A stretch of 64,000 nt of DNA from Geosiphon pyriformis uo1 (Eukaryota; Fungi; Glomeromycota): positions 879,667 to 943,666 of the forward strand of contig JAAOMT010000590.1 in the NCBI GenBank assembly GCA_016748015.1. The letters run 5' to 3'. The notes under the pieces were generated by a model. It did no database searches, was not told where the DNA came from, and saw only the letters and a list, made by a program, of their open reading frames with translations. Each line of letters starts with the position of its first letter. Position 1 is the stretch's first letter. This document shows, in pieces, positions 1-13,499 of this stretch. The position numbers and the translations under genes were made by a program.

Positions 1-1385
1 GTTATAGATAGGTATCTAAAATAAAAGCGTTAGATATGAGTATATATGATAACGCCATTTCATTTAAAAGGCCAAGGTTTCATAGTGAACACACCCAATA
101 GGAGCGTCGAACCAAACATAAAAAACCTTATTCTTCATTTCTTCGAGTGGGACAGGAGTTCCCCATTTTAGATCCCGTGTAATACATCGTGGTTTTAGAC
201 CTTCTTTTAGCCATGATTGTGTAATGCTGATTCCATTCGGAGACCAATTACCCTCTACACTAGTTTTCTCTACCCATTTTTCAGTTTCTTGCTGTAGTTT
301 TTTCAAATCCAAGAACATGTGTTTCGACTCTTTGGTAATTGGAGTATTTCCATCCAATTTACATCGTGGGTTGACCAATTCAATCGCATTAAGCAATTGG
401 CCGCAAGAATCACATTGATCACCACGTGCATCCTTTTTTCGAAAGATTTTGTCAAGAAAGTGAAGAGATAACCACGAACAAAAGTGTTAAAGGCACATAC
501 TTGATAACTGCATTTTGGGCATGTACCCTCAACAAAACGATCTGCCAAAAATCTGTAAATATTTTGCGATTATTAAAGTCAAAATTTCGAGTTAAGGAAG
601 GTGAAAGTGAAAAGTGAAAATAAAAGTGATAGATTTACCGTGAGCATTTTTCACAATATAATTGAACCATAGTATCCTCCATCAAATATCCACGTTGATT
701 CAACTTTAAAAAGATTTCCTGAGCGATTCTAAGCAAATCCAAAATACTTCATGTTAAACATTCTCCAATCAAACAAGATAAATTTTGAATACGAATTCTT
801 ACTGAGTCTGTTGTGGAGTAGTTGTTCTTCCGAAATAATCAAATCCAATATCAAACCATTGATAGACCTCAGCATGAAGAGCATTGTACTTGTCACAAAG
901 TTCTTGACACGAGATTCCTTCCTCAATAGCTTTTGTCTCTGTCGCCGTACCATATTCGTCAGTTCCACAAATATATAAGGTGTTATATCGACGAGCACGG
1001 GCATACCTATTTCGAAAGTGGCTTCAATACTTTTGAAACTGACCTTTTTCAAAGCAACAGTGAGCAAATAAAATGATAAAAAGTACCTGGCAAATACATC
1101 AGCGCTCAAAACACTACCGATTATGTTACCCAAATGTGGAATATTATTCACATAAGGCAGTGCACTTGTGATTAAAACGTTGCGAGCACCTTTTATTGGA
1201 AGACTATAAGGAATTCGATAAGGAAAGGTAACATAGCTGCTTGTTACTTATGTAAATAAGAGAAAAACAAAAACAAATAGAAAGGGTGTTGCTTACATTT
1301 TCTTGTCAGTTTTTGTCTCTAATACGACACGAGAGTTGACTTTACGTCCTTCGAAATGGTTTGACGCTGAAGCCGTGGAAGCCAT
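1..1385 (-). CDS. MES1: Cytosolic methionyl-tRNA synthetase, 5' portion, multi-exon; continues beyond the left window edge
   Basis: ATG at 1385 and GT-AG introns (exon 1 1385-1297, exon 2 1203-1087, exon 3 from 1006). The spliced translation gives [16 protein letters not shown] (HIGH motif), [12 protein letters not shown], the [23 protein letters not shown] zinc knuckles, [10 protein letters not shown] and [11 protein letters not shown], all diagnostic of eukaryotic MetRS. Confidence 0.95.
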
Positions 1386-1522
1386 AATTTACAAATAAAT
1401 AAATTAAAACTCAACTTTTGATCACCAAGTGAAAGTCGGAAAAAGTACGTAATTAGAACGAATTTATAGGTTTTCGAAAATTTTTTTGAAGAATCTTATT
1501 GGTTAGAATTAGGTAAATTGTG

Positions 1523-1549
1523 ATTATCGGGGCAAAAAATTATCGGGGC
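1523..1549. promoter_or_regulatory. Duplicated ATTATCGGGGC motif about 140 bp upstream of the MetRS start; candidate promoter element
   Basis: Two exact 11-bp GC-containing copies (1523-1533, 1539-1549) in an otherwise AT-rich upstream region. Function is inferred only from position. Confidence 0.3.
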
Positions 1550-2269
1550 CGGATATAATGGAATTGTTTTTCTGCTAAATTGTATCACTTTATAAAAAAA
1601 TACAATATTAAATGATATTATATTTTTAAGAGCAGAGACCCTGATAAAGACATTATAATATTTAGAGTATTGTTAAAAAAACATAAAAAAAACCAAAACC
1701 TGAAAAAATTGTGAAAAATTATGATGGTAAATACATCATCTGTTCAAATAATTTTTTTTTTTTCTTTGAATAAAACAATTGAGGCGCGACAAGACAATTT
1801 TTTTTAGCACTGAATTTGAATATTTAATTTAATCGAATTAAATATTGAGATCGGTCAAAAGCTTTCAATTAAACTTACTAATTGAGAGTTTGGACAATTG
1901 CAAAAAAATTTTCTTTTACTTTTTATTTTTTTTCAATTTTCTAATACTGAAATAACTTTGTTTATTATTGAAAAAAGTAAAATTTAAAAAAGGTGCCGAG
2001 ACGTTAATTATTATAAAATTAATTTTATTTTTGTAGTGTGAAAATAAATAAATTACTGTTTAAAAAAAATTCTTTATTGAGATGAGAGAATAATCAAATC
2101 TTTAAAGTCTCAATAGTGTGAACCCTGGAGTCTAACATATCTGATAACAAAGAATGGATACCTTCTGAAATCAATTAAATAATTTCTAAATATTATAAAT
2201 GATGGAGAAAGTTTCAATGATTAATAGAAACAGTTATTTATTATTTACATATTGAAATCACTCTCATTA

Positions 2270-2330
2270 GAAAAATCTTTACTCTTTCTTGGAATAGGAA
2301 AAATCTTTACTCTCTCTTGGAATAGGAAAA
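2270..2330. repeat. Tandem duplication, 2 x 28 bp
   Basis: GAAAAATCTTTACTCT(T/C)TCTTGGAATAG repeated head-to-tail. Confidence 0.8.
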
Positions 2331-2862
2331 TTAAGCTTAACTACTTGACAAGATTCGATAGGTTTACTGGAAAATTTAATTTAACACTTCCCAATATATA
2401 TAAGACATCATAAAGCTTTGTTAATGGTCAAATTTATAACAAAAACCGATATATAACTATCCTGTTCAATTCATATCTCTACTTTTTTTTTTATATCATA
2501 CAAACTTTACGATAATTTTTCTACTAAAAATATCAAACGCATTCAAAAAAACAAATTTTGAAATTGCTAATTATTATTATACTATATGTTAAAAACAAAT
2601 TATATTATGAACTTTCAACTCAAATTTTCAATGTGAATGGTTCAATATTTTTTTCAACTAAACAAGTTTTAGACTTTTCAAAAAAAAAAAATAATTTTAC
2701 CACAATAAACGCAAAATCCAGTGTTATGCTTTAAGAGCAGCTTACCCCAAAAAATTCTGAATAAAATCAATTCATCTCATAAAAAACTGCTCAAACATGA
2801 TCACAGTATTTAAAATTGATAAGCTTTTCCCACAATAGGAGAACAGAATGATATATGTATTC

Positions 2863-2893
<31 letters not shown>

Positions 2894-2894
2894 T

Positions 2895-2934
<40 letters not shown>

Positions 2935-3712
2935 CATAAGTGTTTGCAAAAAAAACAAAATTTACATACAAATACAATTTAAATTGTTGTAGAAGTGAGT
3001 TCAGAGTTAACTTAAACGAAGCCATGAAGGTAATTAATTGTTTGATGAATAAGAAAACGTTAAATAAATAAATAAATAAATAAAAAAGAAAAATTTTAAA
3101 TATACTAATAATGGGGTTGGTGAAGAATCTTGATGACAATAGGTAATAGGTAAAAGATAACAGTTCTATTTCTTTTGGCTTATAATTGGAAAGTGCCAAT
3201 TTTAATTTTATCTCCCGATTATTCATATAATCTACAGGCTAAAACAAAAATACTACAAAAGACGCTCTACATCTCTATTGACTAAAAATACCCTAATACT
3301 TTTAATGTGAAACGATTTACAAATAAATATAGTGTGATCTAGGTGAACAAAAGACCCAATCAAGAATTATGTGAACGAGGGAATTAGGATTAAAAATAAT
3401 TTCATTATATCTTAAAATGGATATAAAGAAGTTTCAGACCAAATGTCTTTTCGTAATTGGGACTCAAATCCAGTGTAAGAAGAAAGGCATTAGAAAATCC
3501 GAACAGAACCTCAAATTTGGCTCGGATGTTTTAGAAAGTTTTCTGATTCCCGAACTCGGACGCCAAAAAAAAACCTCGACCTGCAATAAGCCGGTTGTTT
3601 TCCTCATTATCGAGTCACCGCGATCGTCAAACACTACATCCTTACACGGTAAAACTCGGACAAAAATGTTTTTATAATAATTGAAGCTTTCGAACTTTGT
3701 ATGGGCATAATT

Positions 3713-6700
3713 CTAGAAGCACATGAACTTGCTTCGTTTTGCAATCAATTCTTCCATACGGCTCTCCAAGGCCATTTTAGCACGCTCGGCTTTCTCCTTG
3801 GCTTTTCGTTCTTCCTCAATATAACTTTCTAATGCTTTCTTTTCTTCTTCTACATTTGATTTTGTGGTCTCTACTTGATCTTTAGCTTCCTCCAGTTGAG
3901 TTCTAAGACTCTTTACTTGATCAACGAGATCAAGCTTCTCGCGTTGTAATATACTTAGTTGCTGCTTCGCGATTCTCATATTGGTTTCAGACTCGCTGAT
4001 CTGGGATTCAAGTTGTTCTTTTTCCTGGCGATGTTGGATATTTTCACCTTCCATTTTTGCTAGTTTCTTGTGCAGCTTGTGTATCTCTAGTGAGAGATCA
4101 TCTCGTGTGCCAGAATCAGATGCGTTACTTCGTGACATTGAAGATTCAGATCGTGGTGGTAAAGGTGATCTTGGTGGGGGTAGAATTGGTGTATTGTACC
4201 CAAGTATTGGGGGTGTGCCAGGACCTTGAGGGATCGGAGGTAATGATGTGGTGGGAGGAGGAGGTAAGGGTAAATTAGGTGGTGGCGTTGGGGGTGGGGC
4301 TTTTGCAAGGTTACCAACAATATTGGATCGTAATGAAATTTTAGTAGGTTTCGTCACATCTGAAGAAGACGATGACGTTGAGACGGTCGACATTCGGAAT
4401 CCTCCGACTGCATCCAGGTCTGCACACATTCCCATACCATAATTTGATGGTGTTCCACGCGGAGAGTTATCGCCATCACCATTCCTATGTTCAAAATCAC
4501 CATTTTTATCGTGTGGAGATTTGACATGTGAAATCGGTTGGGGAATACCGGACTCATGACGCATTCCTTTGGGAATGTCGTTTTTCGGGCTTGCAAGACC
4601 ACTACTTAGACTATCCCTTGGGGTGTTTGGCGTTGAAGATGTAAATCCAGAATCACGTGAAGTTAACCTGGCAGCAAGAGCCAATGCGCTAGCTTTGTTG
4701 GCTTTCATTTTTTTCATTTCTTCTTCAAGTTTTTGATTAATCTCCTTTAATCTTGTAATTTCTTGCTCGAAAATCGTAGTGTCCTCCGTCGTTCGGTCTT
4801 TACAATCGGCAAAAATCGAATTGACATTCTTCATTTTATCCTCAAGTTCATCCGATCTATTCACCAGCTTTTCGTTACCATCAACGGCCATCTCGACTGA
4901 TTGCCTTAATGCATTCACCTTTTGATCAAGCATGCCACCATCTTTAAGGAAAGACTCTTCAGAATTCTCTAATCTCTCTTTTACTGTTTCGTTGGTCTCC
5001 GATCGGACTCGAGCAAGTTCACTCTCCAAAAATTTGACTTTATCATCTGATTTCACAATCTTTGCCGTCAACTCGTCATTAGTTTGACGAAGGCTTTCGT
5101 TGGCTACCGCAAGTTTGGCTAATGTTGTATTGGTTGGTCCAGAACCACGAGATTGGGTGGCCTCATCACTTGGTGTTGTTGAATTCTGAAAAGCATTTTT
5201 CGCCATCTCCAGGGCAGTCTGTAATTCACTGATACGATTTTTTTGTTGTTTGGAGTTCTCTTCAGCTTCTTCGTATTTTGAGGCTGCCTCGGCAAATTCT
5301 TCCGCTAAAGAATTAAGATCATCTTGAAGTGTCTTGATTTGTTGAGTGTAGTCGTGAATATCAGAGTATTTTTCGGATTCCAGTTTTTGGGTTGCTTTTT
5401 CCAACTCGACAACGCGATCTCGATATGATTTAGCCTCATCGTGTGCCTTTCTCAATTCATCTACCATGGCATCATCGATCGATTCATACCTTTGAATAAA
5501 AGCTTCAGTTTGAGCGTCATCAATTTTGTGTTGTAATTGGATACATTCGTCTTTTAATGCTTCAAGTTCTTGGTTGGCCTCTTTTAATTTGGCAGTCTCT
5601 TGGTCACGGAGTTTCTCAGTATCTTGAAGTTTACTTTCGAGACTTTTTATACGACGATCATGTCTGGACCCGGCCGCTCTTACTTCCTCGAGCTCCATTT
5701 TTGTCAGTGTAACAATTTCTTGTACCTCACTCAATAGCTGTTTATTTAAAAGACCTTCCTTTTCTTGATCTTTCAATTCAGCCTCCATTTTTGTCTGCTT
5801 GGATTCAGCTTGAGCCAATTGTTCTGTCAACCTTTCTACATGATCATGATCCGGGCTACTGTCAAGGTCGGCAAAAGTGGACAGCTTACTTTCGGTCTCT
5901 GTCAGCTTGGTCTGTAATTCTTTTACCAACTCGGCTTGTTTTTGGCCCAACTCCGAGGAAGTATCAAGTTGTTCGGATACTGCTCTGGTTCTTAATCGAG
6001 ATTCAACGTCTGCAAGTTTAGCCTCAAGTTGTTTAACACGTCCGGCTTCTTTGGTTTCCGAGGTTCTAACCATCTCAAGCTCTAATTTAGTCTTTTGAAC
6101 TGAAGCTTCCAACTCAGATACAAGAGTGTCCTTAACGGCAAGTCCTTGTTCTTTTTCTTTGAGCGCAGTGATCGCTTCTTGTAGTTTTTCCTCCAGTTCG
6201 GTAATTAACGCAGCACGTTTGATATCTGTAGATTTTGCTTTACTCAATTCCGATCTCACCATGCCGAGGTTATCTTCTAAACTGATTATTGTCTCCTTTG
6301 AAAGTTGCCAACTGACCTTGGCTTGAGCAAGCTCGGCTTGCATATCGGCCAGGTTTGATTCGAGAGAGTCAACAGTTTCAATGTGTTTTATTTCAGCTTC
6401 TTCTAGCGTACGTTTAAGTTCGTTAACTTGGGTTACTTTTTCGTCTCGTTGTTTCTCGATAGAAGTGACTTGTGTTTCAAGTTCGGCCAAGATTTCATTT
6501 TGTGCTTCCATTTCCAATCTTGCGTTGGTCAATTCTTGTCGCACTGCATTAATATCACTATCTCCACCGACTTTGTATGAGGAAATCTCAATTTCCAATG
6601 CTCGGACCTTTTTCTCTTGATCTTCTCTTTGCCTTAGCGTATCAGTTAAAAGACGAGAAAGTTCATCATATTCCTGCGAGTTGTTTTCGAGGTTCCTTTT

Positions 6701-9700
6701 AGAATTAGACAGTTCCTCTCTCAAGTCTCGAAGTTCCCGGTCAAGTTGATTGGTAATCCCTTTTTGGTCAACATAATCACTTTTTGCTGTTTCAAGTTCT
6801 TTTATGGCTTCATCCCTGGCATTTTTCAATTCTTGCAAATCAAGTTCCCAGCTAGCTTTCAATTCTTTCATTTCCGCAGTCAAGGCTTCTTCGCGATTTT
6901 GAGCTTCGCCTAGTTTTGTTTTTAATGCTTCGGCCTCGGACTCTTTGGTCTTCAATTTTTGTTGCAAGAGACTTTTATCGATCAAATCACGTTTCAACAT
7001 ATCGATCAACTCATATTTACGACGGATATCCGATTTCAGAATAACAAGTTGTTCTTGCAACGCAACCACAATATCTTGTTCACCTCGCAAGCTTTCGATG
7101 GCTTCTGCTTTGCTCGCTAATTCCTGTTGTAAAATCTCAAGTTTTTCTTGAAGAGAATCAACGGTTCTTTGTGTGGGGTCGTTGACATGAAAATGCGAAT
7201 TTCGAGGGGTTGGGACATGCTGTCCATCTTTAGCCTTTATGAGTTGTGATTCCAGATCTTTCATTCTAGCCTCCAGAGATTTGAAAAATATTTGACTTTC
7301 AGCCGTCTCTGGCTTTTCATCGGGCACTGATAAGCCATGGGATCGCTTTTCTTCGACCGTACGACGATGAGCTTCTCGTAGCTCTTGTAGCTCATCTTCC
7401 AGGCGTCGAATATTATTTTGATGATCGATTGAAGGGAGCAATAACGTTGCGATAGTATGACTTTTGGCTTCAATATCACCTTGCAGCTTTTCAATTTGTT
7501 TACGAAGAACCAAAGTTTCATCCTGTTGAGGTGAAGACGTTTCTGCTGCCTCTTGATCTTTATTTTCATCGCTTTCAATTGACGTGGTGACACCTTCAAG
7601 ACGGGCAACAGCTTCGGCCAAGTTTTCTTGACGTTGAATTTCTTGGGCGTCAGCTAATTTTTCTTCAAGTTCATTGACCTTGGCTTCAAGCTTCAAAACA
7701 TGCTCATGGGTAATTTCAGTTTGAATCTCAGCAGAAACCACCTCTTCTTCATTTGCTTCAGCATTACGTAATTCAGCTTTTAATTGTTCAATTTCTGACT
7801 CAAATTTTAACACTTGATCATCATTGCCAAGTTTTTGACGTTCGGAAAGCGTTTCCATAGTACGTCTTTGTGCTTCCTTAAGAATTTCGACCTCATCACG
7901 GAGACGTTGTACGATATCAAGTTGATCAATCTCGCTAGTGGTAGCCGAGTAACCTCCATCATTATATTCAGATGAGGTCATAATTGACATTAGCTCAACT
8001 TGAGCGATAGCATCACGTTTCTTAATTTCGTGCCGAAGTTCTTCAACAATATCGAGAGTTTCACGATGACTCATTTCGAGTTTGGCAAATTCTTTTTTAA
8101 CAGCATCAAGTCCTTTGGCCTTATCGTCATGCAAGGATTCCAGTTGTTTGAGCTCAATCTGAAGATTTTGAACGATGGCCGCGCTTGCGAGATCTCTTTT
8201 CTCGGCACCTTTGATCTCGGCCGATAAAGATCTGGCCTTTCGATGAGTAACTCTATTGGCCGCATCTATCAGAGGATCTGTTTCTTGTTCAGCTTGTAGA
8301 CGAGATGGAAAAGTGGCTGCACCGGCGGGGGGGGTCATCGGGGTGGCTGGTTGGACTTTAAAATGTTCATTAATATCAATTTCCATCAATTTCGCTTCGT
8401 CGAGATGCTGGTGCAACTCATCAATTTCCCGAAGACAAACATGATATTTTGCTCTGATCTCGTTGAGATTTGCCAAAGTATCTCCATGATTCTGCCGAAG
8501 AATAGAAAGTTTCGATTCGAGACCTGCGATAATGAGACGATCAGTTGTTTCAACAGTTGGTGTTGGAGTGTTAGAAGTGGGTGGAGTAGAACACGGTGTA
8601 TCCTCATCCGAAACATTGGAAGAAGTCGACGAAAGAGAACGCTCATGAATCATGTCATTCTCATGTTCCTTTAATTTTCGAAGTTTATCAACTTCACCAA
8701 TTAACTCTTCAACCTTATTTTCTAACATGGTGATTCTTCGATCCCTATCGTTAATCTCACTTAAAAGCATTTTACGCTCAGCGTCACTTTCAAGATGCTT
8801 CAATTTAGCTTCCAGTTCCTGATAAGATTCTTCACGCTCCGCCAACCTCTTTTCAAGTTTCTCCGCATTCTGAGAAATTTTCGCCATTCTATCGTCAGTC
8901 TTGGTCAAACGCATTTCAAGATCTTGAATATAACATTCACTGTTTGATCCGGCGGTTTTGAGTTGAGTAATCTTGCTCCTCAGTTCTGATATCAATTCTT
9001 GATCTCTCTTCTGTTCAACAGAGTGACTTTCCAATTTAAGCTCAAGATCTTTGATATAATGTTCGGTGGTAGCTTCTCTTTCATGCAATTTCGAGATCTT
9101 ATTTTTCAAATCTCCAATCAAATTTCTGTTTTGATCATTTAATTGTTCGACCTCAAGTAATTTGTTCTCCTGCTCTTGCATCATCGTCTCGGTGTGATTT
9201 AGAGCAGCACGAGAGAGTGCAAGTTGACTTTCCAGAGAGGAAATAGATTTTTCATACTCTTCAATCACAGGTTCTACGGCTTCTTGGAAGCTATTGGAAG
9301 CACGAAGCATAAAATTTTTCTCCTCCTCTTCCTTGACCGCCGCTAAAGAATTGTTAGCGTCCAAAGTTGTGGTGAGTTTTAAGTTTTGAACCCCATCAGC
9401 ATTATCCTGATGCTTCGCCAGTTCAGCGTTAGCTTTGGCGAATTTTTGTGAAAGTTCGAAATAAGATTGTTGAAGTTGAAGCAGTTGTTCTTCGAGCAGT
9501 TCAAGATCTTTATCTTTAGATAGATTAGTGTTGGAATTTGAATTAATACTTAGAGGTGTGGATGGTCGTCGAAGATGAGTGGGTGTATCTCGGCCATTTA
9601 AAGTTGATGGAGTACTTCTACCTGAACCAGTGTTTATGCCACTACCAGCCTTTATAGCTTTAATCTCGGCACGTAATTTTACCACAAGGGCTTGTAAATG

Positions 9701-10049
9701 TTCAAGATCTTGCCAGCCTGATTCTTCTTGATTGACGACAGCTAGATTCTTAATATTACGAGCTCGATTTGCATATTTTAAGGTGTTCACTGTTTCATTC
9801 AAATTGAATTCCGCCGGGGAGACACAAGCGATCATGAGTGTTTGCGCATTACCACCAAGGGAATCTTGTAGTAGTCGAGTGAGCTTAGAGTCTCGATAAG
9901 GAATATGAGTTACATGTTTTGCTCTATTCGGATCTCCTAGTGCAGAGATCACATTGCCTAATGCGAGTAGACCAGAATTAATAGAAATTCCTTCTTTTAC
10001 ACGTTCCCCCGTTGCCGAAGTTCTTTTTAACTGTGATTATAAGTAGGAA

Positions 10050-10081
<32 letters not shown>

Positions 10082-11007
10082 AGGGGTTCAAATCAGAGAT
10101 TTGGTTAAAAAAAATTAAGATTGTGATTGGTTTGGATCAAGATTTAAAATGTTTTCCAAAGTTCCAAAAGAGTCGAGAAACTTGTATTATATGAAGTGAC
10201 GACTACTAGTTCGATAGTAAATTTTTCCCTCAAATCAATTATTTCACTAAATAAATAATGAATCACTTACTCTTTCACTACCAGCCAAATCTACAAAATG
10301 AAATTTACTTGTACACGAAACCCAATCTCCTTCATCAAATCGTTTACTCATTCTAGAATTTGACCTGGTTGGGGTTATCATTCGGGAAGGCGTCGAGGGA
10401 CGATTAGTTGATAATGGAGTTGGTGGGGTCACAATTGGACTTGCGGAAAGACCGTTCGCAGGGACGAATTTTTGTTGAATTAGTGTGACTGAAAAAATAG
10501 CGTGAGATCGTGATGATTGTGCATTCATATCTGTCGCACCAACTTGTCGATTTAATGAGCCACGTGCCAAATGACTAGAAAATCAATTGAAACAAAAAAA
10601 GGTTAAAATAGGATCAATATTAATATATATAAAGATTTCTCTCTCAGAATGAGGATCCAATATTTACCCTGTTACTTCTTCCGCTGAATTGACTCGAAAT
10701 TCTTGAAGACCACTCCATAAGATATTTCCTTTAGAGTCTTCTCTAATCGTAACTTGTGGTCGAGATTCAGAATCTTGTTCAGCCAAAAGATCAATTAAAT
10801 CTTCATTGTATATTTCGATAAATGAAACTTTGATTGTAAACTTTCGTGATTTGTATTGTGCCGAGTTAACATTTGAGAAAAGAGTGTTCATTGCACGAGG
10901 TATTATCCCTTTTGTTTCGGGTAATTGATTCATATGATCCGCTGTACCCATTGTATGTGTTTTGCCAGAAGAAGTTTGACCATATGCGAGGATTGTTACG
11001 TTGTAAC
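3713..11007 (-). CDS. Kinesin-like protein, kinesin-4 (KIF4/KIF21/KIF27-like) type, with an N-terminal motor and ~2000-aa coiled-coil tail; 5' end missing
   Basis: Exons 11007-10668 ([18 protein letters not shown]-loop), 10574-10271 ([11 protein letters not shown] switch I; FVDLAGSER switch II) and 10030-3713 ([50 protein letters not shown], then long heptad-rich coiled coil and a polyproline stretch). GT-AG boundaries preserve frame. The first ~80 motor residues are not visible and probably lie in the N gap. Confidence 0.92.
10049..10082. repeat. (AAAG)n microsatellite in a kinesin intron
   Basis: Seen directly in the sequence. Confidence 0.85.
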
Positions 11008-11207
11008 CTAAAAAAAAAGTAAATTGAAGAAAGGAGGAATATTTAATAAATGGTTTAAATTTTTTTTTTTTTCGAAAGAATGTTTAAAGAGATTTCAACG
11101 ATATTCTTTGGAGTTCATTTTTATAAAGAACAATGAACATGAAGGAAAAAATCATGAAAAACTCGATATAAAAAAAAAAAAAAAAAAAAACTTTTTTCCC
11201 AAAAAAG

Positions 11208-11539
11208 NNNNNNNNNNNNNNNNNNNNNNNNNNNNNNNNNNNNNNNNNNNNNNNNNNNNNNNNNNNNNNNNNNNNNNNNNNNNNNNNNNNNNNNNNNNNN
11301 NNNNNNNNNNNNNNNNNNNNNNNNNNNNNNNNNNNNNNNNNNNNNNNNNNNNNNNNNNNNNNNNNNNNNNNNNNNNNNNNNNNNNNNNNNNNNNNNNNNN
11401 NNNNNNNNNNNNNNNNNNNNNNNNNNNNNNNNNNNNNNNNNNNNNNNNNNNNNNNNNNNNNNNNNNNNNNNNNNNNNNNNNNNNNNNNNNNNNNNNNNNN
11501 NNNNNNNNNNNNNNNNNNNNNNNNNNNNNNNNNNNNNNN
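11208..11539. other. Assembly gap (N run) followed by poly-G
   Basis: N bases. Confidence 0.99.
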
Positions 11540-11742
11540 GGGGGGGGGGGGGGGGGGGGGGGGTTAAGGAATAAAAAGAAAGAAAAAAGTTTTGTGGACC
11601 ACGCCGTCCTTTTGTAAAAATTTACTTTAAGAAAGTTTTAGAGAAAAAAAGGTAACTTTTTTTTTTTACAAAGTTATTTTTTAGAAAGTCGTTCGTCGTC
11701 GTCGTAGTCGTCGGGGCTCGTTCTTTCGTTGAAGTTGAATAG

Positions 11743-11800
11743 GAGTAGCAGTAGCAGTAGCAGTAGCAGTAGCAGTAGCAGTAGTAGTAGTAGTAGCAGT
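11743..11800. repeat. (AGTAGC)n/(AGT)n microsatellite
   Basis: Seen directly in the sequence. Confidence 0.9.
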
Positions 11801-12056
11801 GGTAGTAACAACAGAAAACGGTAGTGATTGAAAAGTTGTGTGAACGAAATAATGAATATTAAAGCATTGATTGGTAAAAGTTTTATGTCACGCAAAAATT
11901 ATCTACAGTTATCTGTATTATATTATATTGTAGTGTTCTTTCACTATTTGTAATGAGTGTTCTTTAAGTTTTCTCTGTGTGTTCGTGCGTCTATTCTAGA
12001 TCAACCAAAAAAGATAACCATTTACGAACGCCAAAAAGGAAGTGAGTTTAGCATGC

Positions 12057-12166
<110 letters not shown>

Positions 12167-12841
12167 GAATTTAAATATACCTTGTGTGTTAAATTTTTAA
12201 CTTTGATGTGGTGAGATTCTAATTTATTAAATATTTAGATTGACAAAATGGTGAAACATTTCAAATAAAACTCAATTTCAAATATAAAATTAAAACTTTT
12301 TCATCATAATAAAATCCAGTAAAAATGAAGAAAAAAAAATAAATTAAATTAAAGCTAACCATTGGTGCATTTTAACATTTAAATAAAAGAATTTAAAAAA
12401 AAAAAAAAAAAAAAATTGATTTGATTTGATTTGATTTGAAACATTGAAAATTGAAAATTGAAATGATTGGATTTCTGAAGACACAAAGCTAGCTTGCATT
12501 AGTGAACATTTGCACATATTTTTACTCAGGTTAGGTATGGCAGTTTTTGACACCACTTACCATATTTTATTTTTCTCGTGCTTGGGTTCCCATATTGGAT
12601 TGTTCAACCGTTGGGGATAAAATTAAAATTATAAATATTTCATCAATCAATCAAACTCAAAAGCTTTTTTGATTGTCTAGCAACATAGGCTGAAATCCGT
12701 AAATAACTGCAGAATCAAACTATTGTACAACCTACTACTGCACTACTATCATTCCCCACATCATTAATGATTACTCCTCATCACCCATTTCTATTATTGT
12801 TGGAAAATTTAAAAGCGTAAAGTTTCTTTTTTTATAATAGT

Positions 12842-12872
<31 letters not shown>
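12842..12872. repeat. (TTG)n microsatellite
   Basis: Seen directly in the sequence. Confidence 0.9.
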
Positions 12873-12873
<1 letters not shown>

Positions 12874-13410
12874 ATTGTTAAGTTTCCCTTTTCTAAATTC
12901 TTAAAAGTTGAAAAAAAAAAAAAAAAAATTTCTTTCCCATTTTTGCTCATGAATCGGTTTGATTATGCGTTTGGCATGTGAGAATACGTAATTTTTAAGG
13001 TATAATGAATAAAGGATAAATTTCTTAAAAATGTTCGAGAGTTTAATCAAGTTAAAAAAAAGTTTATCATTTATAAGTTATCTCTTATTATTTACTTTAT
13101 TAAATGTTTTAATCAAAAATCTTTGAAAATCTAAATATTTAACGATCAAAATCTATTGAACTTTAGATAGGAGTAAATCTTTAAAAAGTATGTTTTTCAT
13201 TTTTTTACCCGAATAAATTTCAATTTATTTATTGTCAAAATATTGAAACTCATTTTTGAAATTATTTTAATTTTAATAATGTCACGGAAAGTATTTGTAA
13301 AGGGGATTTTCAAAAAAAAAAAAAAAAAATGATCTTTTGTTTATCAATAATAAAAATTATCAATTAATCAAATCAAAAATTTTTATCAATTATTTGTTGA
13401 TGATTTTAAA

Positions 13411-13457
<47 letters not shown>

Positions 13458-13499
13458 TTACAAAATTTTCAATTAGTTAACGGTTTAAATTATCTTTCG

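Noticed and set aside
2865-3226. ORF 2897-3226 with poly-Phe, and the poly-A runs at 2865-2932
   Set aside because: Translation of homopolymer tracts in the kinesin 3' flank. No TSD or retroposed body is identifiable, so it is not called a gene or SINE tail.
3981-8674. Many short plus-strand and alternate-frame ORFs within the kinesin exon
   Set aside because: Shadow ORFs of the long kinesin reading frame.
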